DNA of 64,000 nucleotides, from contig JBAZLA010000001.1 of the NCBI GenBank assembly GCA_041650515.1, positions 146,710 through 210,709 on the forward strand. The letters are read 5' to 3'. Below the pieces are notes generated by a model, which saw nothing but the letters and a program-made list of their open reading frames with translations, was not told where the DNA came from and searched no databases. This DNA is from Patescibacteria group bacterium. Its GTDB lineage: Bacteria; Patescibacteriota; Patescibacteriia; JACRDY01. Positions 54,065-63,850 of the stretch are shown piece after piece (positions within the stretch are counted from its first letter, which is position 1; every line of letters begins with the position of its first letter). Both the position numbers and the translations under genes were made by a program.

Positions 54065-55363
54065 TTATTTAATGTAGCTGAGGGGATTAACGGTTTTACC
54101 ATTAATCCGGACCTCGAAATGCAGATGGGTGCCAGTTGAGTGGCCAGTGGTACCCATCATACCAATTGTTTGACCGCGCGTGACAGTGTCACCTAATTTA
54201 ACAAAAAGCTTGCTCATATGAGCATATAAGGTAGACAAACCACCACCGTGGTCAATTGCCAAAACATTACCATATCCATTATTCCAACCACCCCAACCAT
54301 ATCGGCTAATAGTCCCAGATTCAGCAGCATAAATGGGTGACGAATAATCACCATCAATATCCAAACCGCCATGTTTCCAGCCAAAATATTGAGTAATACG
54401 ACGTCCAGAGGTCGGCCATTGCAACTGAGTCGAGCTAGGAGTAGCTGAGGCTGGAGCCGATCCAACATAACTCCTAACCACCGGCTTGGGCGTTGGCGCA
54501 TAAACCGGTAATTTTTTGCCGCCGGGAATAATTAGCTCTTGGCCAATACTCAATGAGCTATTAACATCAAGGTCATTAGCAATCATAACTTGAGCAACCT
54601 CAATACCATAGAGCTGAGCTATCTTATTAATATTCTCACCGCGAACGACTTTATGTTTAATGCCAGAAACCGGCAGGATCGTCAGTTTATCGCCCGGCCG
54701 AATATAGCTCCTTTCAGTTAGCTTATTCTCCCACAGAACCGTATTGACTGAGATACCAAACTTCTCGGCGATCGAACCAATTGTGTCGCCCTGTTGTACT
54801 GTATAAGTTTCGCTCGCTGCTCTAGCCGGACCAGCCGTCTCGTTACCCGGAGAAATTTCTGGTTTAATCAGCGCCGTGCCGCCTTGAGTGGTGGCGGTAA
54901 TATCCTGAATTTCACCCTGGTTAGAAAATTTAGGTGTATTGGACGTAACCCCAGATTCATAGCCCAAATAACTAGAAATGTTTGAACCGGCCGGAGAATT
55001 ATCAATACTTTCTTCAACCAAGCCTAGTTCCTGGCCGCCGACTAACTGATAAAGAATTGTTTTTTTACCAAACTCCTCGTCGCGAAAACCATGCCAGCGC
55101 GCTTGAAGATTATTAGTAACCACCAAAAGACCCAATATCAAAATAATGCCATGGATAACATACCGATTGGTAATAATATCCCAAAGTTTATTACCTGAAG
55201 GGATATAAATTTTAAGTAATTGCCTCTTAAAAAACAGATAACCCTTATAGATCGGCAAAATCCCGAAGCCAAAAAGAAAACCACCAACAGCCTTTAGTGG
55301 TCTTTTAATCTTTGGCCAAAACCGGCCACCAAGAAAACCTATTCCCGTCTTCATCTTTACCAA
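54065..55363 (-). CDS. M23-family peptidoglycan endopeptidase with two LysM domains
   Basis: 432 aa. The LysM domains begin YTVQQGDTIGSIAEKFGIS and HKVVRGENINKIAQLYGIE. The M23 domain carries HxxxD...HLHFE. Confidence 0.8.
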   Translation of the reverse strand: MVKMKTGIGFLGGRFWPKIKRPLKAVGGFLFGFGILPIYKGYLFFKRQLLKIYIPSGNKLWDIITNRYVIHGIILILGLLVVTNNLQARWHGFRDEEFGKKTILYQLVGGQELGLVEESIDNSPAGSNISSYLGYESGVTSNTPKFSNQGEIQDITATTQGGTALIKPEISPGNETAGPARAASETYTVQQGDTIGSIAEKFGISVNTVLWENKLTERSYIRPGDKLTILPVSGIKHKVVRGENINKIAQLYGIEVAQVMIANDLDVNSSLSIGQELIIPGGKKLPVYAPTPKPVVRSYVGSAPASATPSSTQLQWPTSGRRITQYFGWKHGGLDIDGDYSSPIYAAESGTISRYGWGGWNNGYGNVLAIDHGGGLSTLYAHMSKLFVKLGDTVTRGQTIGMMGTTGHSTGTHLHFEVRINGKTVNPLSYIK

Positions 55364-55678
55364 ACCCTTCAGAACAAGCGCGGCCGATTGAATTCCGATT
55401 TTTTTAAGTATTGGGGAGATATGTTTTCAATTTAATCAGTCTCTAGTCTATCAAGATAGCCCCCCAGGGTCAAGCTAGTCTAGTGCTAGCTTGGCACTAT
55501 CAAAAATGGCAATAACTACCGCCCTTCAATCATGAATTAAGTTATTCACCAGAGCAGACAAAACAGTGGGTATCGAGACGCTCAACTAATAATCAACAAA
55601 TTGACATTTTTGGGCTAAAACTTTAAGATATTAGCTGTTGATTAAAATATATTTTAATTAAGTCTTAAAAATCAAATT

Positions 55679-57709
55679 ATGTCTAGTGGTCTCATCCTCT
55701 TCACGCTAGTCTGTGCTTTCTTGGCCATTGCTTATGGCTTCGTTCTGATCTTCATAATTCTCAAGAAGCCAACTGGCGACGAAAAAATGCAATCAATCGC
55801 CAAAGCGATTCAGGAAGGAGCTAAAGCTTATCTCAACCGGCAGTATCGAACTATCGCGATTATTGCGGCGATTTTATTTATCGCTCTTGGTCTGGCCTTA
55901 AACTGGTTAACCGCTTTAGCCTTTTTGGTCGGGGCAGTTTTCTCAGCTTTGGCTGGCTACATTGGCATGAATGTCTCGGTGCGAGCTAATGTCCGAACAA
56001 CTGAAGCCGCCAAAAGCGGCCTGGCTCCGGCCCTAGCAGTAGCCGTTAAAGGTGGTTCAGTCACTGGTTTGCTAGTAGTTGGCCTGGGGTTACTCGGTGT
56101 CGCTGGTTTTTATTATATTTTAACTCTAATTGGCCAAACACCAGCCGAAGCGACTAAAGTTCTAATCGGCTTGGGTTTTGGTGGCAGCTTAATCTCGGTC
56201 TTTGCCCGGCTCGGTGGCGGCATCTATACCAAAGCCGCTGATGTTGGCGCTGACCTAGTTGGTAAAGTCGAAGCTGGTATCCCCGAAGACGACCCACGCA
56301 ACCCAGCCGTAATCGCTGACAACGTCGGTGATAATGTCGGCGACTGCGCTGGTATGGCTGCCGATTTGTTTGAAACCTATGCCGTGACTTCTGTCGCGGC
56401 CATGCTTTTAGGCTCACTCTTATTCAAAGATTTTGAAGCCGCTATCATCTACCCGCTAGTCTTAGGTGGGGTAGCTATCCTAACCTCTATTGTTGGCAGT
56501 TTCTTCATCAAGCTTGGTCGCAGCCAGAATATCATGGGCGCCCTCTACAAAGGCCTGGCCGCCGCCGGAATATTAGCCGCGATCCTCTTCTACTTTGTTA
56601 CTGACTGGCTGATGAAAGGTAATGGCCAATATGAACCCTGGCAAATTTTTGTCAGCGCTCTGATCGGTTTAGTCATAACCGCCTTAATTGTGGTTATTAC
56701 TGAATATTATACTTCAACCAAATATAAACCGGTTCAAAATATCGCCGCTGCTTCTCAGACTGGCCACGGGACTAATATTATCGCTGGTCTAGCGTTATCA
56801 ATGAGATCAACCGCTTGGCCAGTTCTAGTGATCGCCGCTGGTATTTTTGGCGCTTATTACCTAGCTGGCCTTTACGGCATCGCCATCGCCGTCATGGCTA
56901 TGCTTTCTTTATCCGGCATTATCGTCACCATCGACTCATATGGCCCAATTACTGACAATGCTGGCGGTATTGCCGAGATGGCTAATCTGCCCGAGTCGGT
57001 TCGTCATATCACTGATCCGCTAGATGCGGTTGGCAACACCACCAAAGCGGTAACTAAAGGCTACGCTATTGGTTCGGCTGGTCTAGCCGCGGTGGTGCTT
57101 TTTGCTTCTTACATCCAAGAATTTATTGACCGGGGTAAAGAGCTGGTCTTTTTGCTCTCTGATCCGCTGGTTATCATTGGCTTATTTATTGGCGGACTTT
57201 TACCTTATCTCTTCGGCGCTTTTTCCATGGAAGCAGTGGGTAAAGCGGCTGGCCAAGTAGTAGAAGAAGTGCGCAGCCAATTCAAAAACAACCCTGGGAT
57301 TATGCAAGGAACTAGCAAACCAGACTATGGCCGAACCGTTGATATTGTTACTAAGTCAGCGCTCAAGCAAATGATTATACCCGCTTTATTGCCAGTGCTA
57401 ACGCCGATCCTGGTTGGCCTTATTTTGGGCCCGGTTGCTCTAGGCGGCGTCTTAATTGGGAGTATTGTTACCGGTATCTTTTTAGCAATCTCCATGACCA
57501 CCGGTGGCGGTGCCTGGGATAATGCCAAAAAATATATTGAACAGGGTAACTTTGGCGGCAAGGGCAGTGAAGCCCATAAAGCCGCTGTGACTGGTGACAC
57601 TGTTGGCGACCCTTATAAAGACACGGCTGGTCCGGCTATTAACCCAATGATCAAAATCCTCAATGTTGTTGCCCTACTAATGGTTAGTCTGCTGATTAAG
57701 ATGATGTAA
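55679..57709 (+). CDS. hppA: Membrane-bound H+(Na+)-translocating pyrophosphatase
   Basis: 676 aa. [19 protein letters not shown]...[21 protein letters not shown]...[14 protein letters not shown] carries the H+-PPase signatures. Confidence 0.9.
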   Translation: MSSGLILFTLVCAFLAIAYGFVLIFIILKKPTGDEKMQSIAKAIQEGAKAYLNRQYRTIAIIAAILFIALGLALNWLTALAFLVGAVFSALAGYIGMNVSVRANVRTTEAAKSGLAPALAVAVKGGSVTGLLVVGLGLLGVAGFYYILTLIGQTPAEATKVLIGLGFGGSLISVFARLGGGIYTKAADVGADLVGKVEAGIPEDDPRNPAVIADNVGDNVGDCAGMAADLFETYAVTSVAAMLLGSLLFKDFEAAIIYPLVLGGVAILTSIVGSFFIKLGRSQNIMGALYKGLAAAGILAAILFYFVTDWLMKGNGQYEPWQIFVSALIGLVITALIVVITEYYTSTKYKPVQNIAAASQTGHGTNIIAGLALSMRSTAWPVLVIAAGIFGAYYLAGLYGIAIAVMAMLSLSGIIVTIDSYGPITDNAGGIAEMANLPESVRHITDPLDAVGNTTKAVTKGYAIGSAGLAAVVLFASYIQEFIDRGKELVFLLSDPLVIIGLFIGGLLPYLFGAFSMEAVGKAAGQVVEEVRSQFKNNPGIMQGTSKPDYGRTVDIVTKSALKQMIIPALLPVLTPILVGLILGPVALGGVLIGSIVTGIFLAISMTTGGGAWDNAKKYIEQGNFGGKGSEAHKAAVTGDTVGDPYKDTAGPAINPMIKILNVVALLMVSLLIKMM

Positions 57710-57902
57710 ACAAAACACCACATCTCAGCCTTTAAGTAAACAAAACACCCCCGCCTAAGCGGGGTGTTTTGTATCTTATTCAGCTATCTCTATAGGCATA
57801 CCCTTGACTTATTCTAAAAAATAATTTAAGATAAAAAATCTTTTCGAAAATATTCCAAGGGGAGCTAGCGCTTCTAACTTTTCCTGCACAGGGGGGAAAT
57901 TT

Positions 57903-58160
57903 ATGATTTTTCTGAAAGTTAAACAGCAGATCGCCACCGAGGGTTTTGAAACCCAAGCGGTGGCGAGGGTCACCGAGCTGCCAGCCAAGCTGGAGCTCGG
58001 ACAAACGGTCCGGGTATGTTACCTGGGCCAAAACCGCAAATGGACTCTGACCGAACAGAAAGTTCGGCTGGACTGGGATGGTCAGTGGCGGCACTTGGGT
58101 GAGCCGATACCCGACCAGGCCGAAGGCGGTCGCCCGGTCGACAAGGCCGACACGTCCTAG
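57903..58160 (+). CDS. Hypothetical small protein, GC-rich island
   Basis: 85 aa with the ribosome-binding site cacaggggggaaatttATG. A T-run terminator follows. Composition is ~58% GC. Confidence 0.4.
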   Translation: MIFLKVKQQIATEGFETQAVARVTELPAKLELGQTVRVCYLGQNRKWTLTEQKVRLDWDGQWRHLGEPIPDQAEGGRPVDKADTS

Positions 58161-58245
58161 CAGCGCGACACCACAACCAAACATTGTGTGTGGATCGATC
58201 GCTGCTTTTTTTTATTATTTTAAAATGTTAAAATAGGGCTAACCT

Positions 58246-59385
58246 ATGATTGGCCACTCCAAAATTTCTTTTGCTTTTGCCACCTCGATCGGCACCGCTA
58301 TCGGTGTCGGCCTTTTTGCCCTGCCATACCTCGCTAGCCAAACTAGCTTTGCCACCTTGCTGGCTTATTTTATTGTTTTAGGTATTCTAATCACCATTAT
58401 TCAACTAATCTACGGCGAGATTATCACTAAGACAGAACAGCGTCACCAACTCTCTGGCTACGCCAAGATCCATCTTGGTCCACACTGGCAGCCTTGGGTT
58501 TTTGTGGTCGAGTTTTTGGGTATCATCGGCGCCCTAACTGCCTATCTAGTGGTGGGCGGAAAATTTCTCTACTTATTATCGTCGCCGCTAATTGGTGGCG
58601 GGGTAACACTCTATGTCTTGATCTATTTTTCATTGGGCACCCTACTAGTCTACTGGGGGATTCAGTCGGTGGCTGGCTCGGAATTAGTTTTGGTTGGCTT
58701 ATTAATTGGGACAATTATTTTTCTCTTTTTGGCTAACTACACTAGGCTGGATTTCCAGCTACTGACCAATATCAGCGCCAAAAATCTTTTTTTACCTTAC
58801 GGCGCGGTACTTTTTGCTCTGTGGAACGGTACGGTGATACCCGAAGTAGCTGAAGTGCTGGACAAAAACCACCGCCAATTAAAAAAAATAATAATCCTTT
58901 CGACTCTATTATCTATCATCCTGTATATTATTTTTGTTATCACAGTTTTTGGTCTTAGCGGCGATCACACGTCAAGCGATGCTCTAACTGGGTTAGCCCA
59001 ATATTTTTCACCAACCCTACTGACTGTTGCCCTGGTTCTTGGCCTACTAGCCACTTTCACCTCTTTTATTTCACTCGCTATGGCGGCTAAGAACTCCCTA
59101 ACGGAAGATTGGCGACTCAAGCCAAGGTTGGCTTGGTTTGGCGTTTGTTTTCTGCCGCTGGCGCTCTATTTTTTGGGCGCCCAAAACTTTTTAACGATTA
59201 TCAGCTTAACCGGTGCAATCATGTTTGGCGCCTATGGCTTCCTGATACTGCTGATTTATCTTAAAATAAAAAACCGGCCAACCGGTGATTACCATCTCAA
59301 CTTGCCTAAAACCCTGGTCTATTTTCTAGGCATCGTTCTGGCCTTAGGCGTTATCGGCGAAATCTTTTATACCCTAACTAGATAA
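58246..59385 (+). CDS. Amino-acid permease (HAAAP/Trp-Tyr permease-like, 11 TM)
   Basis: A 379-aa polytopic ORF beginning MIGHSKISFAFATSIGTAIGVGLFALPY. Confidence 0.5.
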   Translation: MIGHSKISFAFATSIGTAIGVGLFALPYLASQTSFATLLAYFIVLGILITIIQLIYGEIITKTEQRHQLSGYAKIHLGPHWQPWVFVVEFLGIIGALTAYLVVGGKFLYLLSSPLIGGGVTLYVLIYFSLGTLLVYWGIQSVAGSELVLVGLLIGTIIFLFLANYTRLDFQLLTNISAKNLFLPYGAVLFALWNGTVIPEVAEVLDKNHRQLKKIIILSTLLSIILYIIFVITVFGLSGDHTSSDALTGLAQYFSPTLLTVALVLGLLATFTSFISLAMAAKNSLTEDWRLKPRLAWFGVCFLPLALYFLGAQNFLTIISLTGAIMFGAYGFLILLIYLKIKNRPTGDYHLNLPKTLVYFLGIVLALGVIGEIFYTLTR

Positions 59386-59467
59386 AACCAGCCAGGATTG
59401 ATTTCCCCAGTTAATTCTGCTAAACTAGAACGACTTTTATAATTATTTAAACGTTAAATACCACGTT

Positions 59468-60742
59468 ATGATTATTACCAAAAATCAAATTAGCCAGACC
59501 CAGGTTGAGCTAACGATTGAGTTAACCGTTGATGAAATCAAACCGTTCTTAGCCAAAGCAGCTGACAAAATCTCCCAGACAACCAAGATTGCTGGCTTTC
59601 GTCCAGGTAAGGCCCCTTATGACGTTATAAAAAACCAAGTCGGCGAGATGACGATCTACCAAGAAGCAACCGAGGCTATCGTGGCGGCCACATTATTTGA
59701 GGCGTTAGAAAAAGAGCTGCCCGACGCCGAAATCGTTGGCCAGCCACAGATTAATATCGAAAAAATGGCCCCCGATAATCCACTGAGCTACAAAGCACTA
59801 GTCACTTTGGTTCCGGAGATCAAGTTAGGTGATTACCAAAATCTAAAAATCACCAAAAAAGAAATCAAAATTGACGAGGAAAAAATTAAAAAAACATTGG
59901 CCAGCCTAACCAAGATGATGGCTAAAGAAGAAATCAAAACCGGACCGCTAGCTAAAGGGGATAAAGCGGTTGTTTCTTTTCAGGTTTTTGTTGATCGGGT
60001 TTTGATCGAAGGTGGCGCCCATCAAAGCTACCCAATAGTCATTGGCGAAGATACTTTTATTCCCGGCTTTGAAGACCAGCTGGTCGGCCTGAGTAAAGGC
60101 GACAAAAAAGAATTTGAATTAAATTTTCCCGAAAAATACCACCAAAAAAACTTGGCTGGTAAATTAGCCCTCTTTAAAGTGGAGATTGTCGAAACTTATA
60201 GTTACCAGCCAGCTGAACTTACTGACGACTTTGCTAAAACCCTTAATTACCAAAACCTAGACGAACTTAAACAAAATGTTCGAACCAGTATTGAACAAGA
60301 GGCCAAGGTAAAAGAAAACCAACGACAGGAGTTAGAACTTTTGGAGCAATTAATCGCCGTTTCCACTTTTGGCGAGCTACCGCAGACTTTGCTGGATAAG
60401 GAAGCCCACAAAATGGTTCACGAGCTAGAACACGGCATCGCTCAGCAAGGCTTAAAGTTTGAAGACTATTTGGCTCACCTCAAAAAAACCGAAGCTGATT
60501 TAGAAAAAGAATTTTTACCAGAGGCCGCCAAAAGAATCAAAACCAGCCTAATCTTGCGCCAGATTGCTAAAGAACAAAAGATTGTTGTCTCTAAAGAAGA
60601 CCTTGACCAGGAGATCACTAAAATCAGCCAAAACTACCAAGATAATCCTGAAGCATTGGAGCAAATTAAAACAGCTGGCTATCGTCACTATCTAAGCAAC
60701 GCCATGACCAATCAGAGAGTAATGGATTTTCTAAAAAAATAA
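59468..60742 (+). CDS. tig: Trigger factor
   Basis: 424 aa with the ribosome-binding motif GFRPGKAP, an FKBP-like PPIase region and a C-terminal domain. Confidence 0.85.
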   Translation: MIITKNQISQTQVELTIELTVDEIKPFLAKAADKISQTTKIAGFRPGKAPYDVIKNQVGEMTIYQEATEAIVAATLFEALEKELPDAEIVGQPQINIEKMAPDNPLSYKALVTLVPEIKLGDYQNLKITKKEIKIDEEKIKKTLASLTKMMAKEEIKTGPLAKGDKAVVSFQVFVDRVLIEGGAHQSYPIVIGEDTFIPGFEDQLVGLSKGDKKEFELNFPEKYHQKNLAGKLALFKVEIVETYSYQPAELTDDFAKTLNYQNLDELKQNVRTSIEQEAKVKENQRQELELLEQLIAVSTFGELPQTLLDKEAHKMVHELEHGIAQQGLKFEDYLAHLKKTEADLEKEFLPEAAKRIKTSLILRQIAKEQKIVVSKEDLDQEITKISQNYQDNPEALEQIKTAGYRHYLSNAMTNQRVMDFLKK

Positions 60743-60849
60743 ACCGACAACCGATCGCTCCGCTAATCAGCGGAGCGATTTTGTTTTACTAAGCCACGCA
60801 TGCCTATCCTACTATCTTTGTTTCAAAACAACGAAGGTGCAGAACCAGC

Positions 60850-61004
60850 GGGGTTTGGGGGCGGCACGGGGCGGAGCCGAAGCTTCGACCTCTTCTGATT
60901 ACACCGAGGAGCGAGGCGGATTAATCCGTAAGTAGATAAACAATACTTTGCCCCTTGCCGCCCCCAAAACTTTTTTGCATTACTTTTTTGGTTACAAAAA
61001 AGTA
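60850..61004 (+). repeat. Structured intergenic repeat family, copy 6 (preface from ~60784)
   Basis: It reads GGGGTTTGGGGGCGGCACGGGGCGGAGCCGAAG...GAGCGAGGCGG...TTTGCCCCTTGCCGCCCCCAAAAC TTTTTTGCATTACTTTTTTGGTTACAAAAAAGTAG. Confidence 0.75.
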
Positions 61005-61169
61005 GATAATTACGTAGATGAGACAGAGCTCCCTTCGACTCGCTTCGCTCGCTCAGGGCGGGCCTTCGCGGAGTTTACCCTGAGTGAAACGAAGGGCTCA
61101 GAATAACAACAATAAGGTGGGCCTGCCCCTACTGTTTTAAAACCCCAAATTTTGTTAAAATAACGGCAT

Positions 61170-61673
61170 ATGTCTATCGCCATCATGTCTGATAGCCACG
61201 ACAATCTACCTAATATCAATGAAGCGCTTAAAATTATCAACCAAGCACAAATCCAAACCATTATCCATTGCGGTGATGTCTGTTCAGCCGAAGTAACCCG
61301 ATATATTAGCAAACATTTCACTGGCCAGATCCACCTAATTGCTGGTAATGTTGCTGGTGACCACGCCAAGAAAATTAAGCGCTATCGGTTAAAAAACGTC
61401 ACCTTCTATAATCAAACTGGCACTATAAAAATAGCTAACAAGACGATCGGATTTGCCCACCAGCCAGCTGAAGCTAAACAACTAGCGGCCACCGGCGGTT
61501 ATGATCTAGTCTTCTATGGCCATACCCACCGACCCTGGGAAGAAACCATTGGCCAAACACGTCTAGTCAACCCCGGCACCTTAGCTGGCCTTTTTGCTAG
61601 ACCAACCTTTGCCATTTATAACCCAACAACCAACCAACTTGAACTTAAAATTCTTTACACCAATAATTGTTAA
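61170..61673 (+). CDS. YfcE/MJ0936-family metallophosphoesterase
   Basis: 167 aa with the SDSHDN, GDVCS and GHTHRPW motifs. Confidence 0.7.
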   Translation: MSIAIMSDSHDNLPNINEALKIINQAQIQTIIHCGDVCSAEVTRYISKHFTGQIHLIAGNVAGDHAKKIKRYRLKNVTFYNQTGTIKIANKTIGFAHQPAEAKQLAATGGYDLVFYGHTHRPWEETIGQTRLVNPGTLAGLFARPTFAIYNPTTNQLELKILYTNNC

Positions 61674-61704
61674 TTCGTAATTCTTAACTCGTAATTATTG
61701 AACT

Positions 61705-62121
61705 ATGTTTCAACTCATCATCATCGGCAAACTGATTTTAGCTGGTCTACTAGGTGCCATCATCGGCTGGGAGAGAAAATTTCTAGCTGGCCGCCAAGCT
61801 GGCATTAAAACCTGCACCCTAGTGGCTATGGGTTCAGCGCTTTTTACTCTGCTATCAATTGACGGTTTCGCCGGCGCCTTGACGGATCCCAGCCGCGTGG
61901 CGGCCCAGATTGTAGTGGGTATTGGTTTTTTGGGCGCCGGCACCATTATGGTTTACCAGGGCCATATCGAGGGTCTGACTACTGCTGCTGGTCTCTGGTT
62001 TATTGCCGCTATTGGCATGGCGGTAGCAGTTGATTGGTACTTAGTGGCGGTGGTGACAACTATTGTGGTTTTCACTTTTCTCTACGTTTATAATCGTTTA
62101 TCAATCAAAAAACAATCATGA
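61705..62121 (+). CDS. MgtC/SapB-family membrane protein
   Basis: 138 aa with the IGWERK motif. Confidence 0.7.
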   Translation: MFQLIIIGKLILAGLLGAIIGWERKFLAGRQAGIKTCTLVAMGSALFTLLSIDGFAGALTDPSRVAAQIVVGIGFLGAGTIMVYQGHIEGLTTAAGLWFIAAIGMAVAVDWYLVAVVTTIVVFTFLYVYNRLSIKKQS

Positions 62122-62891
62122 GGTGCTTTGTCTCTCGACTAATCATTTCGGCCGGCCAGGAGCTGCTACGCCAGTTTTATCTTTTTAACCGTGACCAGGT
62201 CAGATATAAATCTAAACACCAGATCGTTACTCGAGCTGATATTATTGCCGAAAAAATTATCATCTCAGCAATTAATAAAAAATACCCCACTCACCAAATA
62301 CTTTCTGAAGAAGCCGGTTTGTCTAAGCAGACTTCTGAATACCTCTGGATTATCGATCCGCTGGATGGCACCACTAATTTTGCTCTAAAGAACCCGCTTT
62401 TCGGCATCAGCATCGCCCTGGCTAAAAAAGGCCAGATTATTTTTGGCGCGATCTATATCCCGTTTATTAATAAATTAGTATTAGCCGAGCTCGGTCAGGG
62501 TGCTACCATCAACGGTAAAAAAATCCACGTTTCTAAAAAGAAAAATTTGAACGGCGCCTTTCTGACTTATTGCCACGGCTCCAAACTAAACGACGTCAAA
62601 CGGGCGATTGCGGTTTATAAAGGTTTAAAGATTAAATACTCTGACGTCCGTCAAATGGGTTCTTCAGTGGTGGAGATGGCTTGGGTGGCCGCTGGCTATA
62701 CTGACGGCCATTTTGTCCCCGGCGCTAATCTCTGGGACGTAGCGGCTGGTTCATTAATCATCCGCGAGGCTGGGGGCCGAGTAACTGATTTACAGAACCA
62801 TCCCTGGGATCTAAAATCAAAAGATCTGATTGCTTCCAACGGCCAAGTTCATAATCAATTACTTAAAGAAATTAGAAAATATGATCTATAG
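62118..62891 (+). CDS. Inositol monophosphatase-family protein (SuhB-like)
   Basis: 257 aa with WIIDPLDGTTNF. The ATGA overlap with the upstream gene suggests translational coupling. Confidence 0.75.
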   Translation: MRCFVSRLIISAGQELLRQFYLFNRDQVRYKSKHQIVTRADIIAEKIIISAINKKYPTHQILSEEAGLSKQTSEYLWIIDPLDGTTNFALKNPLFGISIALAKKGQIIFGAIYIPFINKLVLAELGQGATINGKKIHVSKKKNLNGAFLTYCHGSKLNDVKRAIAVYKGLKIKYSDVRQMGSSVVEMAWVAAGYTDGHFVPGANLWDVAAGSLIIREAGGRVTDLQNHPWDLKSKDLIASNGQVHNQLLKEIRKYDL

Positions 62892-62993
62892 CTACTACTA
62901 CGAATTTACAAATTTCTACGAATATACTAATACTACGAATTAATTGCTTTATTCGTATATTAGTAATGATTCGTAAATTCGTAGTTAATAAAT

Positions 62994-63221
62994 ATGATTT
63001 ACCGTATCAAAATCAAAGTTGTCACCAAGGCCAGCCGCGACCAGATTATCCACGAACCGGACGGCAGTTGGAAAGTCCGGGTAACAGTAGCGCCGACTCA
63101 AGGCAAAGCTAATGACCGGGTGATTGAGCTTATGGCTGACGAGTTTAAAACTGCCAAAAGCAACATCCAAATAATTCATGGACTCAGGAATAAAGAAAAA
63201 ATAGTTGAGATAATAATGTAA
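62994..63221 (+). CDS. DUF167/YggU-family small protein
   Basis: 75 aa, matching the ...KANDRVIELMADEFK...IQIIHG pattern. Confidence 0.5.
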   Translation: MIYRIKIKVVTKASRDQIIHEPDGSWKVRVTVAPTQGKANDRVIELMADEFKTAKSNIQIIHGLRNKEKIVEIIM

Positions 63222-63235
63222 CTGTATTACCTGCG

Positions 63236-63772
63236 GTGGTTGGGTATCTAAAATGTATTTACCCACGACTGGGCATTACACCTTCCTACAATAGAAACCA
63301 TATGAGTGAAAAATTCTGGGAAAATTTAACTGAAAACCAAGACGAAGCCCAATTTGTCTGGAGGATGGTTCGTCAAGCAATTGAGCGCGTTGGTCGGCAA
63401 GATATTTTACAAAATCCAGCTGTCCTGGACTTAGGTGGTGGCGCTGGGGAATTTGCTAAATACCTAAATGCTCAAGGTCTCCAATGCGTAAGTTTGGATG
63501 TCCAAGACTGGGGGACCAATCCTGAATCACAACCGATAAGGGGCGACGCCTATAAAACACCCTTTGCTGATGGCAGCTTCGACATAGTTCATGGTTATGG
63601 AATATTTGATAATGCCATGTACCACCACAATTTTGCAAAATTACTGCCAGAAATCGCCCGCATCTTAAAAACCAGGGGCATCCTATCAATATTTGGTGCC
63701 AACTCTCCACCAATGGAAGAACTGAGAAAACATTTCAAGTCATTAGAACATTCTCTGTGGGAGAAAAAATAG
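63236..63772 (+). CDS. Class I SAM-dependent methyltransferase
   Basis: VLDLGGGAGEF is motif I. The start is uncertain and could instead be at 63302. Confidence 0.55.
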   Translation: MVGYLKCIYPRLGITPSYNRNHMSEKFWENLTENQDEAQFVWRMVRQAIERVGRQDILQNPAVLDLGGGAGEFAKYLNAQGLQCVSLDVQDWGTNPESQPIRGDAYKTPFADGSFDIVHGYGIFDNAMYHHNFAKLLPEIARILKTRGILSIFGANSPPMEELRKHFKSLEHSLWEKK

Positions 63773-63796
63773 TAAAATAATACTTTAATTTTATTA

Positions 63797-63832
63797 CCTC
63801 ACAGAATTATTAAAAGTCCGTTTGGTTAGCCA
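63797..63832. terminator. Bidirectional terminator hairpin
   Basis: The stem aaagtccgtttggttagccaagcggactttt lies between convergent genes. Confidence 0.5.
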
Positions 63833-63850
63833 AGCGGACTTTTAATAATT

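Noticed and set aside
57780-58184. 134-aa minus-strand ORF overlapping the GC-rich region
   Set aside because: High-GC sequence yields long open frames on both strands. Only the plus-strand 85-aa frame has a ribosome-binding site and a downstream terminator.
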